From contig CAZQFB010000001.1 in the NCBI GenBank assembly GCA_964592525.1, forward strand, positions 212,413 through 276,412: a DNA stretch of 64,000 nucleotides, read 5' to 3'. Positions 28,919 to 38,873 of this stretch are shown here, piece after piece (position 1 is the first letter of the stretch; each line of letters starts with the position of its first letter). The position numbers were made by a program, and so were the translations under genes. The notes beneath the pieces were generated by a model, which was not told the origin of the DNA, searched no databases, and saw only the letters and a program-made list of their open reading frames with translations. The stretch comes from an uncultured Candidatus Saccharibacteria bacterium. GTDB lineage: Bacteria > Patescibacteriota > WWE3 > CAZQFB01.

Positions 28919-30493
28919 ATGAAATTGATTTCCTTTGCTAAAAAAATAAGTGGCCAAGATTTTCGTTTGTTAATGGCTGTGTTTTTAATTGCTTTTCTAC
29001 CTCTTATTTATCAAATGGGTAATACGCATATTCAACCGACTGCTGATTTGTGGGTGCAAAGAAGTGTCAGTTTCATGACCGAGTTTAGACGGTTCAATTT
29101 TGCCGGTACTTTCCAGCAATACCACCCCGGGGTGATGGTGATGTGGCCGGTGGCGGTGGGTTCCTGGTTTTTTTACCACATTGTGCATGCTTCAAGCCCC
29201 GTAGTGCCTGATATCTTTAGCCCTCAATATTTCTCGGAATATGTTGTGTATGCCAAGATACCGCTGATGTTGCTGCAAGCGATCTTCATGGTCTTAATCT
29301 TTTTAATTCTTAGAAAAATTTCGGGAGTTAAAATAGCTTTGCTATCTACACTGCTTTTGGCACTAGAGCCTTTTTATCTGGCTAATGCTCGTACTATCCA
29401 TTTGGATACCATGCTGACTTTGACCATGTTTGCGGCTATATTAAGTATGTACCGGAGTTTGGGTACTAAGCTTAGTGCTATTAAAGCGTGGGATGTGCTC
29501 ACGGGGGCTTTATTTGGATTCAGTTGGCTCTCCAAGATTGTCACTGCCTATCTTATTCCCTTCAGTGCTTTGGCTTTATTGATCACTCCAGGTTCTATTA
29601 GGGATAAGTTCAAAAAGTTTGCTTTATACCTCTTAATTGGGTTGGGGATCTTTGTTATTTTTTATCCGGCGATGTGGGTAGCTCCTTATGAAACGTTGGT
29701 GGGCAAGATTATTCACGGTGGGGTTTTGGAGGTGGGTTTGGAAGATGTCAGTCGGGGTCTTTTGATTGGGAGTAACTCTGGTTTGTTCTATCATTTGTTT
29801 GGTTACCCTCTGACTATTATCTACAGGCTTTCTCCCCTTATTTCTCTTGGTTTAGCTGCCTTTATGGCGCAGTTATTATTTTTTAGAAAAAGTGATCCGG
29901 TCAATAAAAGATTTACTCTTTATCTTTTCCTTTTTGCCTTTTTTTATCTTGCCATGATGTCTTTTTCCACCAAGAAGATCTATCGGTATATGTTACCAGT
30001 CTTTCCGGTGTTGGCTGTTTATTCAGCTTATGGTTGGTTTTTTATCTCAACAGTCTTGAAGGAGAATTTGGCTTTCAATAAAGAAAGAGTTTTTACTTAC
30101 GTGGTTGCCTTTATTATGTTTGCTTATGCTGCTTGTTTTTTAAGGATAGCGCCCAATTTTTTTGCTTACTTTAATCCTCTTTTAGGCGGTATTACTGGCG
30201 CTAAGGAAATAGTTGATCTAAACCAGGATGCTACTGGGTATTATCTAGTGGCGGATTATTTAAACCAACTTGCTCCCGGGAAAGTGGTGGCTTGTTATGA
30301 TTGGAAAATATTAGGTTTGCTATATCAAGGTGAAACGCTCAGTATCCGCAGGGAGGAAAAGCCTATTACCGCTGATTTTATCTTGTTACCGCTCCAGCGA
30401 GGTTATGAGTGGTTAACGAATGAGTATAACCTGATCAAAACCTTTAAAGTTGCTGGTGTTGATTACTGGTATTTATATCAGCGAGCTAATTAA
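28919..30493 (+). CDS. GT-C (ArnT/PMT-like) glycosyltransferase
   Basis: YHPGV, EPFY...R..HLD, KK..RY and FNPLLGG motifs. Confidence 0.85.
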   Translation: MKLISFAKKISGQDFRLLMAVFLIAFLPLIYQMGNTHIQPTADLWVQRSVSFMTEFRRFNFAGTFQQYHPGVMVMWPVAVGSWFFYHIVHASSPVVPDIFSPQYFSEYVVYAKIPLMLLQAIFMVLIFLILRKISGVKIALLSTLLLALEPFYLANARTIHLDTMLTLTMFAAILSMYRSLGTKLSAIKAWDVLTGALFGFSWLSKIVTAYLIPFSALALLITPGSIRDKFKKFALYLLIGLGIFVIFYPAMWVAPYETLVGKIIHGGVLEVGLEDVSRGLLIGSNSGLFYHLFGYPLTIIYRLSPLISLGLAAFMAQLLFFRKSDPVNKRFTLYLFLFAFFYLAMMSFSTKKIYRYMLPVFPVLAVYSAYGWFFISTVLKENLAFNKERVFTYVVAFIMFAYAACFLRIAPNFFAYFNPLLGGITGAKEIVDLNQDATGYYLVADYLNQLAPGKVVACYDWKILGLLYQGETLSIRREEKPITADFILLPLQRGYEWLTNEYNLIKTFKVAGVDYWYLYQRAN

Positions 30494-30540
30494 GACCTTC
30501 GCTGTTTCTTGTTTGATGCCTTAAGAGAGAGCTATTTTGC

Positions 30541-32109
30541 TTAGAGTTGGTAAAGATAAATGGTGTTGCCAATGATGGTGCTAGGTTTTTCTTTTCTTAG
30601 CCACGAGAAACAAGCTGCCTGTTCTTTGCTTAAACCCACCAAATGGTTGATGCTAATTCCAATAAATCCTGTCGTGGGGGTACAGGTTAACGGTTCACAA
30701 GTGATCTCTCGATACTCGCAGCGATCATAGCCAAAATAACTTAATTTGATGGCTTGTTGGTGATTTGTTTTCATGTAGTTGGCTAATTGTTTAAGGTCTT
30801 GCCCCCAATCTAGATTGGAATCAATTAAGATACGGTGTCCTTTGCTTGGTCCTCCGGCCAACTCATTAAAATAAGTCAAATAGTCCGGGTAAATACTCAA
30901 ATTAGCAAGGAGAAACCACAAAGGTAGACCAACTAGTAACGCTTTGGCAAGGTAATTTTGGCGTTTGAGCAAAATAAATTGACCTAAAAAGGTAAATAGA
31001 AATGGGTATATAGGAAGGATGTATCTTAAGCCAATATTAATGTGGGTGGTAAATGATAGGAGCACCGTAGCTAATATGGGAAGGAGAAGATAAACCTCTT
31101 TGTTGAAGAAGCTCTTCTTGCCCCTTTTCCTTGCACCCAGACCTACAATGATGAGCATGATGATTATGGCCAGAGGAGTTTTTACTAAAAAAGCAATTAA
31201 AAAATAGTACCACCAACCCTGCGTAGAGTGTTGACCTAGTAAATAACTGGGATGCCCATGTTGGTTATGGCTAAGTTGTATCAACAGTCCTTTAAAGAAG
31301 GTAGCTATTTCGGTAAAGTGATAAAGGGAAGCCAGAGCTAGCAAGGCAACGATCATTAAGCTTAAGCTGTATTTTTTTATCATTTTTTTGGCGTTTCTGA
31401 TTTCCGGTAGAGTGGGTCTTTCTTTTAAGAGGTAGTATTTTCTAAATTGGTGATTGAAGAGGAGAAAGTACGACACTAAGAAGAACAACAACCCGGAGTG
31501 TTTTGAGCCCACACACAGCCCCAGGCTTAGTCCGGCGAGCAGTAAATGTTTGTTTTTGCCCCCTTTTTCCAGGAACAGATATAAAAGAAAAATAGCCAGA
31601 TACGCAAAGATGGTTACCCCAAAATCAACCGAGACTAACTGGGTAAAAGAAAGTATTGTTGGTGAGAAAGTGTAAAGGAACAAAGAAAACAGTCCTGCTT
31701 TGGTGCCATACAGTGTAGAGCTAAAATGATAAATGATTAAACCTAGTAATAGACCAAGAAGGATCACCGGAACTCTACCAGCTAAAACGAGACGATCGGT
31801 ATTATTATTTTGGAAATACAACAGCTGGTGAGCAAAATTAATATCATCTGCCTCTAGCCAAGAAAGGTGATCAAGGGGTAGGTGGGGTTTGAGTAATAGT
31901 AAAGGTGCTCCGGCAATAAGTTTGATTAGCGGTGCGGTTTCGGGATTAAGTCGGTAATCTCCAGTAGTCAGATACGAGTAACCAGCGGGAATGTAGATTA
32001 TTTCATCCATGGTGACAGATTTTTGGCTAAGACTCGTTAGCGCTAAGATAAAAAAACATGTCAGCAGGATAAGAATTACGGAAAGGGTTAGCTTTTGTCC
32101 AGGGAACAT
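30541..32109 (-). CDS. GT-C (ArnT/PMT-like) glycosyltransferase
   Basis: TMDE..Y..AG, NPE, GWWYYF, NIG.RY and DSNLDWGQDL motifs; start taken at ATG 32109. Confidence 0.85.
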   Translation of the reverse strand: MFPGQKLTLSVILILLTCFFILALTSLSQKSVTMDEIIYIPAGYSYLTTGDYRLNPETAPLIKLIAGAPLLLLKPHLPLDHLSWLEADDINFAHQLLYFQNNNTDRLVLAGRVPVILLGLLLGLIIYHFSSTLYGTKAGLFSLFLYTFSPTILSFTQLVSVDFGVTIFAYLAIFLLYLFLEKGGKNKHLLLAGLSLGLCVGSKHSGLLFFLVSYFLLFNHQFRKYYLLKERPTLPEIRNAKKMIKKYSLSLMIVALLALASLYHFTEIATFFKGLLIQLSHNQHGHPSYLLGQHSTQGWWYYFLIAFLVKTPLAIIIMLIIVGLGARKRGKKSFFNKEVYLLLPILATVLLSFTTHINIGLRYILPIYPFLFTFLGQFILLKRQNYLAKALLVGLPLWFLLANLSIYPDYLTYFNELAGGPSKGHRILIDSNLDWGQDLKQLANYMKTNHQQAIKLSYFGYDRCEYREITCEPLTCTPTTGFIGISINHLVGLSKEQAACFSWLRKEKPSTIIGNTIYLYQL

Positions 32110-32174
32110 AATCTTTGAGAGTGTGACTGATAATATCATATCAGGAAAGAGAGATCGTGCTAAAATGTGAAGCA

Positions 32175-33368
32175 ATGAAAATAGCCATTTTTTCCACGAC
32201 CTTTTTTCCTCAAACCGGTGGTGCGGAAAGGTTTATGCACGGTTTGGCGACAAGGTTGGTTAAGCAAGGTCATCAAGTGGTGGTTATTGCCCCGATTGCG
32301 AAAGAATTAAACACCCACTCTTTTAGTTATAAGGTTTTTCGTTTGAGATTGCTGGCTCTTTTTATCCCCAGCAGTGTTTTTTATAACCTGACGTTACTGC
32401 TTAATTTATTTGTCTGTTACTGGCGGCATCGTTTTGAGGTTTTACAGGTAGTGGGTTTATATCCAGCCGGTGAGGCAGCGCGCTGGTTGGTTCGCTTCTT
32501 GCCAAAGGTGACTTTGGTGGCTAGGGCAACTGGTTCTGATATCTTGATTTTTCCAACCATTAATTACGGCTTGCGACTTGATCCCAAGATGGATGCTCGG
32601 ATTAAAAATATTATTCATGCTGCAGATGCGCTGGTTGCCAACAGTAATTCTGTTAAAGAAGAGTACCTCAAAGTTACTCCCGAGTCAGATAAAATTGTGG
32701 TTATACCCAATGCTCTGGATCTGGATAAATTTGTTACCACTCAAGAAAGTAACAGAGTGGTACGGAGGAAATGGTGTGATAATGATAACGCTCGCATCGT
32801 TCTTTCTGTGGGTCGTAATGAAGAAAGAAAAAACTTTGCGCTTTTAATCCAAAGTATGGAAGAGATAATGGTTAAGGAAGAGTATGAAGATGTTTATTGT
32901 GTCATCGTGGGAGCGGAAACGAAAAAACTAAAATCTTTGGTGGAGGCTTCGGTGATTGAAAATAGGTTTATTTTTGCCGGTCCGTTGCCGGTAGAAGGCA
33001 CTATGGAATATGAGAATTATCCTCCCCCCGAACTGATCGAGTTGTATTTGGCAAGCTCTCTCTTTGCCTTACCTTCTACCATTGAAGGTCAACCCAATGT
33101 TCTTTTGGAGGCTATGGCTGCAGGTTTGCCCATGGTGGCTGGAAATGTGCCCGGTAGTAAAGATGTTATTGAACATGGCAAGACAGGTTTTCTAGTTGAT
33201 CTGGAGCATCCCGCCGAGTTTACCGCGGCTTTGGAAAGATTATTATTACAGCCCGAGCTTCATCAGCGAATGAGTTTAGAGGCAAAGAAAAAAGCACAGG
33301 ATTATAATTGGGATATAGTCGTTGATCAGTATTTAAGACTTTATCTAAGTTGTAATGAGCATAAGTAG
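32175..33368 (+). CDS. GT4 glycosyltransferase
   Basis: GGAE, GR..RK and EGQPNVLLEAMAAG motifs; start ATG 32175. Confidence 0.9.
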   Translation: MKIAIFSTTFFPQTGGAERFMHGLATRLVKQGHQVVVIAPIAKELNTHSFSYKVFRLRLLALFIPSSVFYNLTLLLNLFVCYWRHRFEVLQVVGLYPAGEAARWLVRFLPKVTLVARATGSDILIFPTINYGLRLDPKMDARIKNIIHAADALVANSNSVKEEYLKVTPESDKIVVIPNALDLDKFVTTQESNRVVRRKWCDNDNARIVLSVGRNEERKNFALLIQSMEEIMVKEEYEDVYCVIVGAETKKLKSLVEASVIENRFIFAGPLPVEGTMEYENYPPPELIELYLASSLFALPSTIEGQPNVLLEAMAAGLPMVAGNVPGSKDVIEHGKTGFLVDLEHPAEFTAALERLLLQPELHQRMSLEAKKKAQDYNWDIVVDQYLRLYLSCNEHK

Positions 33369-35013
33369 ACCACAAAAATTAAGCAGAGCTCTGGTGCTGA
33401 TATTATTGTTGTCCTTTATTTTAAGAATATGGGGCATTTGGCATGGTTTCCCGTTTCTTTATCACCCAGACGAACCAACAGTAGTGAATAGTGCCCTCAC
33501 TTTATGGGGTAAAGGTTTTAATCCCGGTCACTTTGATTGGCCGCATTTTCATTATTATCTAACCGCCTTGATTTATCTGCCCTTGGTTCTTTTATTGTGG
33601 TTTAAGAATGGAGGTATTGAGGGTTTACTTGCTAACCTGGTTCCTTTTTTTCTCCTAGCACGTTTACTTTCGGCGGGTATGGGTGTTGCTAGTGTATATT
33701 TAACCTATAAGATTGCCGAGAAGTTGTTTAATCACAAGACAGCTTATCTGGCGGCTCTTTTCCTGGCGATAAATACTACCCATGTTTTTAATTGCCAACA
33801 CGCTTTGATTGATGTCCCCATGACTTTTTGGCTTTTAGTGTCTTTTTACTTTTCTGTTCTTATCATTGCCCGCCCTACCCTAAGAACTTATGCCTTAGCG
33901 GGGTTTTTCCTTGGGTTGGCCACTTCCACAAAATACAACGCCGCTTTAGGACTCATGTTCATTTTAGGGGCTCATTGGTCTAGGCATCTTAATATTTTAG
34001 TACCTAGGAATTATCAGGAAGTGAGAAAGTTTGTTTTGAGTTTGGGTTCAATACTTCAGCCATTAAAACCTTTAGTTATTGGAGTTTTAGCCTCGCTATT
34101 GGGTTTCTTTCTAGGTACACCTTTTGCTCTTCTCGATTATAAAACCTTCCTGATGACAGATAACCCAGATGGAGCCCTATGGCAGTTTGTTCATGTTGGT
34201 AGTGGTGGGTTTAACACAGGTGTTCTGGAAAGGTTGCTTTCGGTGCTCTTTGGTGTTTTAGCTCAGGGAACGGGCATATTAATTATCCTGTTAGCTATAT
34301 ATGGATTATTTAAAATCCGAGCCTTCAAGAGGGAAGCAGCTTACCTTATTGTTCCTTTTGTTGTTTTTTATCTGATTTTTGTGGGGGCTTTTAGTTATTC
34401 TCCTGTTCATTTTTTTATCCCCCTAATTCCGTTCCTTTGTATTTTAGCTGGTATCGGTTTTGTATTAATCATCGATTTGATAAATTCTTTTTTTAACCTT
34501 AACAAGAGTAAACAGAAGGTAACCTTTTCAGCTATTTTAATATTGGTTTGTCTTTCTCCCCTGGCTAGATCTGCTTATTCTGACTTTGTGCTTACGCAAA
34601 AAGATACCAGAACCTTGGCTTATGAATGGGTGAGTGAAAATATTACCCCTGGCGCTGGTATTGTGATGGGTAACGATTACGAACCTTTGCTCGACGCGGC
34701 AAGGTATCAGCTTTATGACTTACACGAATTTTTGTTAGATGAAGATTTGTCCGAACCCATTTATCCCAAATTTGAGGACAAAGGAATTAAGTATGGGGTG
34801 TTAGGTAGTTATAATTTGCTGGATAATCTAACCCGGGCCAATTGGGATCCCCAAGAACCAGAGTTCACCGATTACCTACTAGATAATGCTAAGATAGTAG
34901 CAAGGTTTGAGCCCCAAGGTCATCCTGGTCCAGTAGTGATGATTTTTGAGATTGGTTATGACTATGAAGTTTTGCAAAAACACAAAATTTCTCCAGAAAC
35001 TGACAAGAGATAA
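33355..35013 (+). CDS. GT-C (PMT_2/ArnT-like) glycosyltransferase
   Basis: HPDEP, HFDWPH, TKYN and KDTR motifs. Confidence 0.85.
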   Translation: MSISRPQKLSRALVLILLLSFILRIWGIWHGFPFLYHPDEPTVVNSALTLWGKGFNPGHFDWPHFHYYLTALIYLPLVLLLWFKNGGIEGLLANLVPFFLLARLLSAGMGVASVYLTYKIAEKLFNHKTAYLAALFLAINTTHVFNCQHALIDVPMTFWLLVSFYFSVLIIARPTLRTYALAGFFLGLATSTKYNAALGLMFILGAHWSRHLNILVPRNYQEVRKFVLSLGSILQPLKPLVIGVLASLLGFFLGTPFALLDYKTFLMTDNPDGALWQFVHVGSGGFNTGVLERLLSVLFGVLAQGTGILIILLAIYGLFKIRAFKREAAYLIVPFVVFYLIFVGAFSYSPVHFFIPLIPFLCILAGIGFVLIIDLINSFFNLNKSKQKVTFSAILILVCLSPLARSAYSDFVLTQKDTRTLAYEWVSENITPGAGIVMGNDYEPLLDAARYQLYDLHEFLLDEDLSEPIYPKFEDKGIKYGVLGSYNLLDNLTRANWDPQEPEFTDYLLDNAKIVARFEPQGHPGPVVMIFEIGYDYEVLQKHKISPETDKR

Positions 35014-36598
35014 ACCATTTTTACTATTAGTATCAGTTTCATTTATTTTGAATCTATTTGGCGTTACTTGGGGGTTTCCCCATTTATACCATCCCGATGA
35101 ACCAGTCATTATCAGAGATGCTCTTGGTGTTTCCCAATATGAGGTCAAGTTAGAACATTTTGATTGGCCGCATCTGCAGACTTATCTTGATTCTTTCTCC
35201 TTTACTATTTTTATTAAGGGGAGGGGTTTTATTAGAGCCGTAGGACTAGAAGATTTTACCAGAACACAATTTCCATTGCTGTGGAATGACAATATTGTCT
35301 TTTATTTTTTGGGTAGACTTTGGACGGTGTTATACGGTGCTCTTACGGTTGGTCTTGTCTATCTAATAGGAAAGCATTTCTTTACCAAAAGAGCGGCTTT
35401 GTTCTCTGCCTTGCTTCTGCTACTTAACTCACTGTTTTTAACCAATACCCGACTTGCTACTATTGATATTCCCATGTTGTTCTGGCTTACCTTTTCTCTT
35501 TATTTCTGTTTTCGAGTAGTAACACTAGGATCATTAGCGAGTTATATGTTAGCTGGACTTTTAGCAGGCTTGGCTGCTTCTACCAAGTACAACGGTGGGT
35601 TTGCGGTGATCACCTTGTTGGTAGCCTTTATGTTATCCGTTTTGGTAAAGAAGAAAAATATCCTGGCGGAGTTTAGAAAACTTGTAATTTCGGGAGCAAC
35701 TAGTCTGTTTGGTTTCTTTCTCGGTACACCGAATGCTTTATTTGAATATCATACTTTTCTAAACACAGAAAACCCTTCTGGGGCAATGTGGCAGTTTACT
35801 AGACCCGGTAACTCGGGGGGGATAACTTACCTGGAAAAAATAAGAGGCAGGCTATTTGTATTGATGGACGCTATGGGGTTTTTGCCTCTAGTATCCGCTG
35901 TGGTGGGTGTGCTTAACGCTTTTATTAAGCGTCACTGGTCATTAATCCTCCTGTCGGTTTTCCCCACCGCATATTATTTATATGTGGGGGGGTTTGAGTA
36001 CTTTCAACCCCATTTTTTACTGCCAACCATGCCCTATCTTTCTTTGCTGGCGGGAGTAACCTTTTCTTCATTATTAGGTAAAGTTGAGCAGCATACTTCT
36101 TTGCGTACGGACAAAAGGAGGGTTATTAATGTCATTCTTTGTTTGTTGTTTTTTGTTGGCCCTCTTTATTTAGCTATGCTTAATAAACAAATTGTGCTGA
36201 AGAAAGATAGCAGAACCGTGGCTCTGGAGTGGATTAATGAGAACATCCCCGCTGGCTCAACAATTGCACAAGGTAGTGATTATGAGCCACCATTAGAAAG
36301 CCGAGAGGGACTAAAAGGTATTGATAACAGACCAGACAGATATTATCTAAAGTCGTTTTCTGAACTTGAACGTACGCATCATTTAGAGGCTTCTTTAGCA
36401 GAAAAGTTGAAGGCAGAGGGGGTTGAGTATCTTGTTTTCGGTACTTTTGGTATGGCTAAAGATTACGAAGAAGCGGTTTGGGATGAGGAGGTTCCTACTA
36501 GGTTGGGTTGGCTTAAGAAGTATGCGGAAATGATTTATCGCGTGGATGAAGAAGGTCGTTTAGGACCAACTATATTTGTGTTTAAAATAAAACCGTGA
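34946..36598 (+). CDS. GT-C glycosyltransferase, tandem paralogue of 33355-35013
   Basis: Shares HPDEP, HFDWPH, TKYN, GFFLGTP, GA.WQF and DYEP motifs; real start probably 34958-34964. Confidence 0.85.
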   Translation: MRLVMTMKFCKNTKFLQKLTRDKPFLLLVSVSFILNLFGVTWGFPHLYHPDEPVIIRDALGVSQYEVKLEHFDWPHLQTYLDSFSFTIFIKGRGFIRAVGLEDFTRTQFPLLWNDNIVFYFLGRLWTVLYGALTVGLVYLIGKHFFTKRAALFSALLLLLNSLFLTNTRLATIDIPMLFWLTFSLYFCFRVVTLGSLASYMLAGLLAGLAASTKYNGGFAVITLLVAFMLSVLVKKKNILAEFRKLVISGATSLFGFFLGTPNALFEYHTFLNTENPSGAMWQFTRPGNSGGITYLEKIRGRLFVLMDAMGFLPLVSAVVGVLNAFIKRHWSLILLSVFPTAYYLYVGGFEYFQPHFLLPTMPYLSLLAGVTFSSLLGKVEQHTSLRTDKRRVINVILCLLFFVGPLYLAMLNKQIVLKKDSRTVALEWINENIPAGSTIAQGSDYEPPLESREGLKGIDNRPDRYYLKSFSELERTHHLEASLAEKLKAEGVEYLVFGTFGMAKDYEEAVWDEEVPTRLGWLKKYAEMIYRVDEEGRLGPTIFVFKIKP

Positions 36599-38187
36599 CA
36601 GTTGTTAGTACTCTAATTAGAGTGGTTAAAACAGACAGAAGTTATCAGCTATTAATAGTGGTTCTGTTTTTGGCATCCTTTTTAAGGTTTTATCGAGTGG
36701 GTTCAGATATTTTTAATGATGACGCCCAGTTTTGGTTTGCGCGTTCAATTACTCATATTGAGGCTCTCAAGGAATTGGATTTTGAGGACACTTTTATCAA
36801 TACAAAACCGGGGGTGACTATTCAATGGTTAACCGGCTTGAGCTTGGATATTTTTCTCAATCTTTATAACAAGATTTTTCATTTCAAACCCCTTTTATAT
36901 ACAGCGGAAACTTTTAGGTGGGTTGATCTAGCGGCCAAATCTCCTCTTATTCTGCTTACAATATTATTTTTGCCCTTTTTATATGCGATTATCGAAAAAA
37001 ATCTGAATAGAGATATCGCTATTTTTACCACTATATTTTTAGCCTTTGAGCCTTTTTATATAGGTATAAGTAGGTGGTTGCACGTGGAGGGTATCTTGGC
37101 TGTTTTTATGCCTGTTTCAGTTTTTCTTTTTATTCAGTACTTATTTGATAAAAATAAAAAATGGTTGCTATTATCGGGCATAGCTTCTGGTTTGGCTCTG
37201 CTTACTAAATCCCCTGCTGTGTTTTTGTGGCTATTCATCCCTTTATCCTTTCTTGTCTATTCAACCATTTATAAAAGTACAAATATCTTTAAGCAAAAAA
37301 TCAAGTTTTTTGTCCGGGATTACCTTGCCTGGTTGTTAATTACTTTGGTTACCTTCATATTACTTTTTCCGGCTATGTGGGTTCAACCCGTTGAGGTTGT
37401 AGGAAGGATAATTGGGGATACGATCTATACCGGCTCGGTAGGTCGCAACAATATTGAGGGTCCCTTGTTTTATAGCTATGCCTTTTTTATGAGAACCTCT
37501 CCTTTGTTAATCTTATCTTTTTTGGGGGGGTTATTTGTACTTATCAAGAGGTATAAGAAGCTCCCTCAAAAGACAAGACTTGTGCTAGTGCTATCTGGTC
37601 TTTTTGTCTTTTTCTATTTCTTAATGATGAGTTTGGCGGCCCAAAAAATGGATCGTTATTTACTGACGATTTATCCTTTTATTGCCATAATCGCCTCTTT
37701 TGGGGTGGTTTCTTTATTAGCTAGTTTTGAGAGTAAACATGCTCTTGTGCTAGGGATGGTTATTATTTGCCAGTTTGCTTTCGCTTTATATTACACACCA
37801 TATTTCACTACTTACTACAACCCTCTGCTGGGGGGTAGAGAAACAGCCTCAAAATTATGGCGTGTAGAATCTACCGGTCAGCTTTACCCGGAAGTGGCTA
37901 AGTGGGTTAATTCCCATGATAATCCTTACGAGCTGAACACGGTGGTAAATTATACGGGGCATAGTTTAAGGCCTTACATTTTGGGTAAAGTTTTTAGTAA
38001 GAATGAAAACCTGCCCGAGGGTTTGGAGGCAGACTTTTTTATTGTGCCTTGGGACCAAACCTTGTCTTTGAGATGGCAACAATGTTTCCCAATGGATGAG
38101 ATTAGGTATCATGGTGATTTGTACTGGACTATTTATGGGTGTAATGAAAAGTGGAGGGGAGAGGTGAAGAGCGAGCAAACCTATTAG
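36595..38187 (+). CDS. GT-C (ArnT/PMT-like) glycosyltransferase
   Basis: NDD, KPGVT..W, FEPFY, KMDRY and YNPLLGG motifs. Confidence 0.85.
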   Translation: MTVVSTLIRVVKTDRSYQLLIVVLFLASFLRFYRVGSDIFNDDAQFWFARSITHIEALKELDFEDTFINTKPGVTIQWLTGLSLDIFLNLYNKIFHFKPLLYTAETFRWVDLAAKSPLILLTILFLPFLYAIIEKNLNRDIAIFTTIFLAFEPFYIGISRWLHVEGILAVFMPVSVFLFIQYLFDKNKKWLLLSGIASGLALLTKSPAVFLWLFIPLSFLVYSTIYKSTNIFKQKIKFFVRDYLAWLLITLVTFILLFPAMWVQPVEVVGRIIGDTIYTGSVGRNNIEGPLFYSYAFFMRTSPLLILSFLGGLFVLIKRYKKLPQKTRLVLVLSGLFVFFYFLMMSLAAQKMDRYLLTIYPFIAIIASFGVVSLLASFESKHALVLGMVIICQFAFALYYTPYFTTYYNPLLGGRETASKLWRVESTGQLYPEVAKWVNSHDNPYELNTVVNYTGHSLRPYILGKVFSKNENLPEGLEADFFIVPWDQTLSLRWQQCFPMDEIRYHGDLYWTIYGCNEKWRGEVKSEQTY

Positions 38188-38335
38188 TTCAGTACCGGTA
38201 GTTGCCAGCATATCATTAAACTAGCGTTTAGCTTCGCACTACCTACACTCTCGATCGGGGGGTAACAAAGTGATATTCTGTTTTTGGTTACACCTGATCT
38301 GCGAGAGTTACTTCACTAATGGTTTGCTCACTCTT
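38167..38335 (-). other. 169-nt element folding into a closed three-way junction (candidate ncRNA or MITE-like element)
   Basis: Ends complementary over about 27 nt; two internal hairpins. Confidence 0.45.
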
Positions 38336-38350
38336 AAGGAAAATAATTTA

Positions 38351-38797
38351 ATGAAAGATTGTATTTTTTGCTCCATTGTTAAAGGTGACGTGCCTTGTCA
38401 TAAGGTGTGGGAGAGTAACACTCATCTGGCTTTTTTGGATATTTTCCCTAACACCGAGGGGGTAACAGTGGTGATAAGTAAAGACCACGAAGGAAGTGAT
38501 CCTTGTCAGGTGAATGAAAAAACATATGTGGCTTTAATGTTGGCGGCTTGGGAGGTTGGCAAGTTGCTGGTTGAAAAAATGGCTGATGTGGGGAGGGTGG
38601 GGATAATGATTGAAGGGACCGGGGTGGATCATTTACACGCTAAGCTATTTCCCATGCATGGTACGGTCGATGGTTCTTGGCAAGCAATGGAGGAGAAAAG
38701 ATTTTTTACCAAATATCCGGGGTTTATTTCCTCTAATACAGCAGAGCAAGCGACTGAAGATGAGTTAGCTTCCCTTGCACGTAAAATCCGCACCTAA
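38351..38797 (+). CDS. HIT family hydrolase
   Basis: MKDCIFC, AFLDIFP and variant triad HLHAK; AAGGA upstream of ATG 38351. Confidence 0.85.
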   Translation: MKDCIFCSIVKGDVPCHKVWESNTHLAFLDIFPNTEGVTVVISKDHEGSDPCQVNEKTYVALMLAAWEVGKLLVEKMADVGRVGIMIEGTGVDHLHAKLFPMHGTVDGSWQAMEEKRFFTKYPGFISSNTAEQATEDELASLARKIRT

Positions 38798-38815
38798 AAA
38801 GGTCGGACCTTTTTA
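38795..38815. repeat. REP-like palindrome / bidirectional terminator
   Basis: TAAAAAGGTC-G-GACCTTTTTA between convergent genes. Confidence 0.55.
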
Positions 38816-38873
38816 TCGCCTATAAATACTGGGGTTTAGCACGGCGGTGCTATACTACTGTTATAGGATATTG

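Noticed and set aside
38167-38335. 6S RNA call
   Set aside because: Right size, but the architecture is a three-way junction without a two-sided central bubble; kept as an unknown element.
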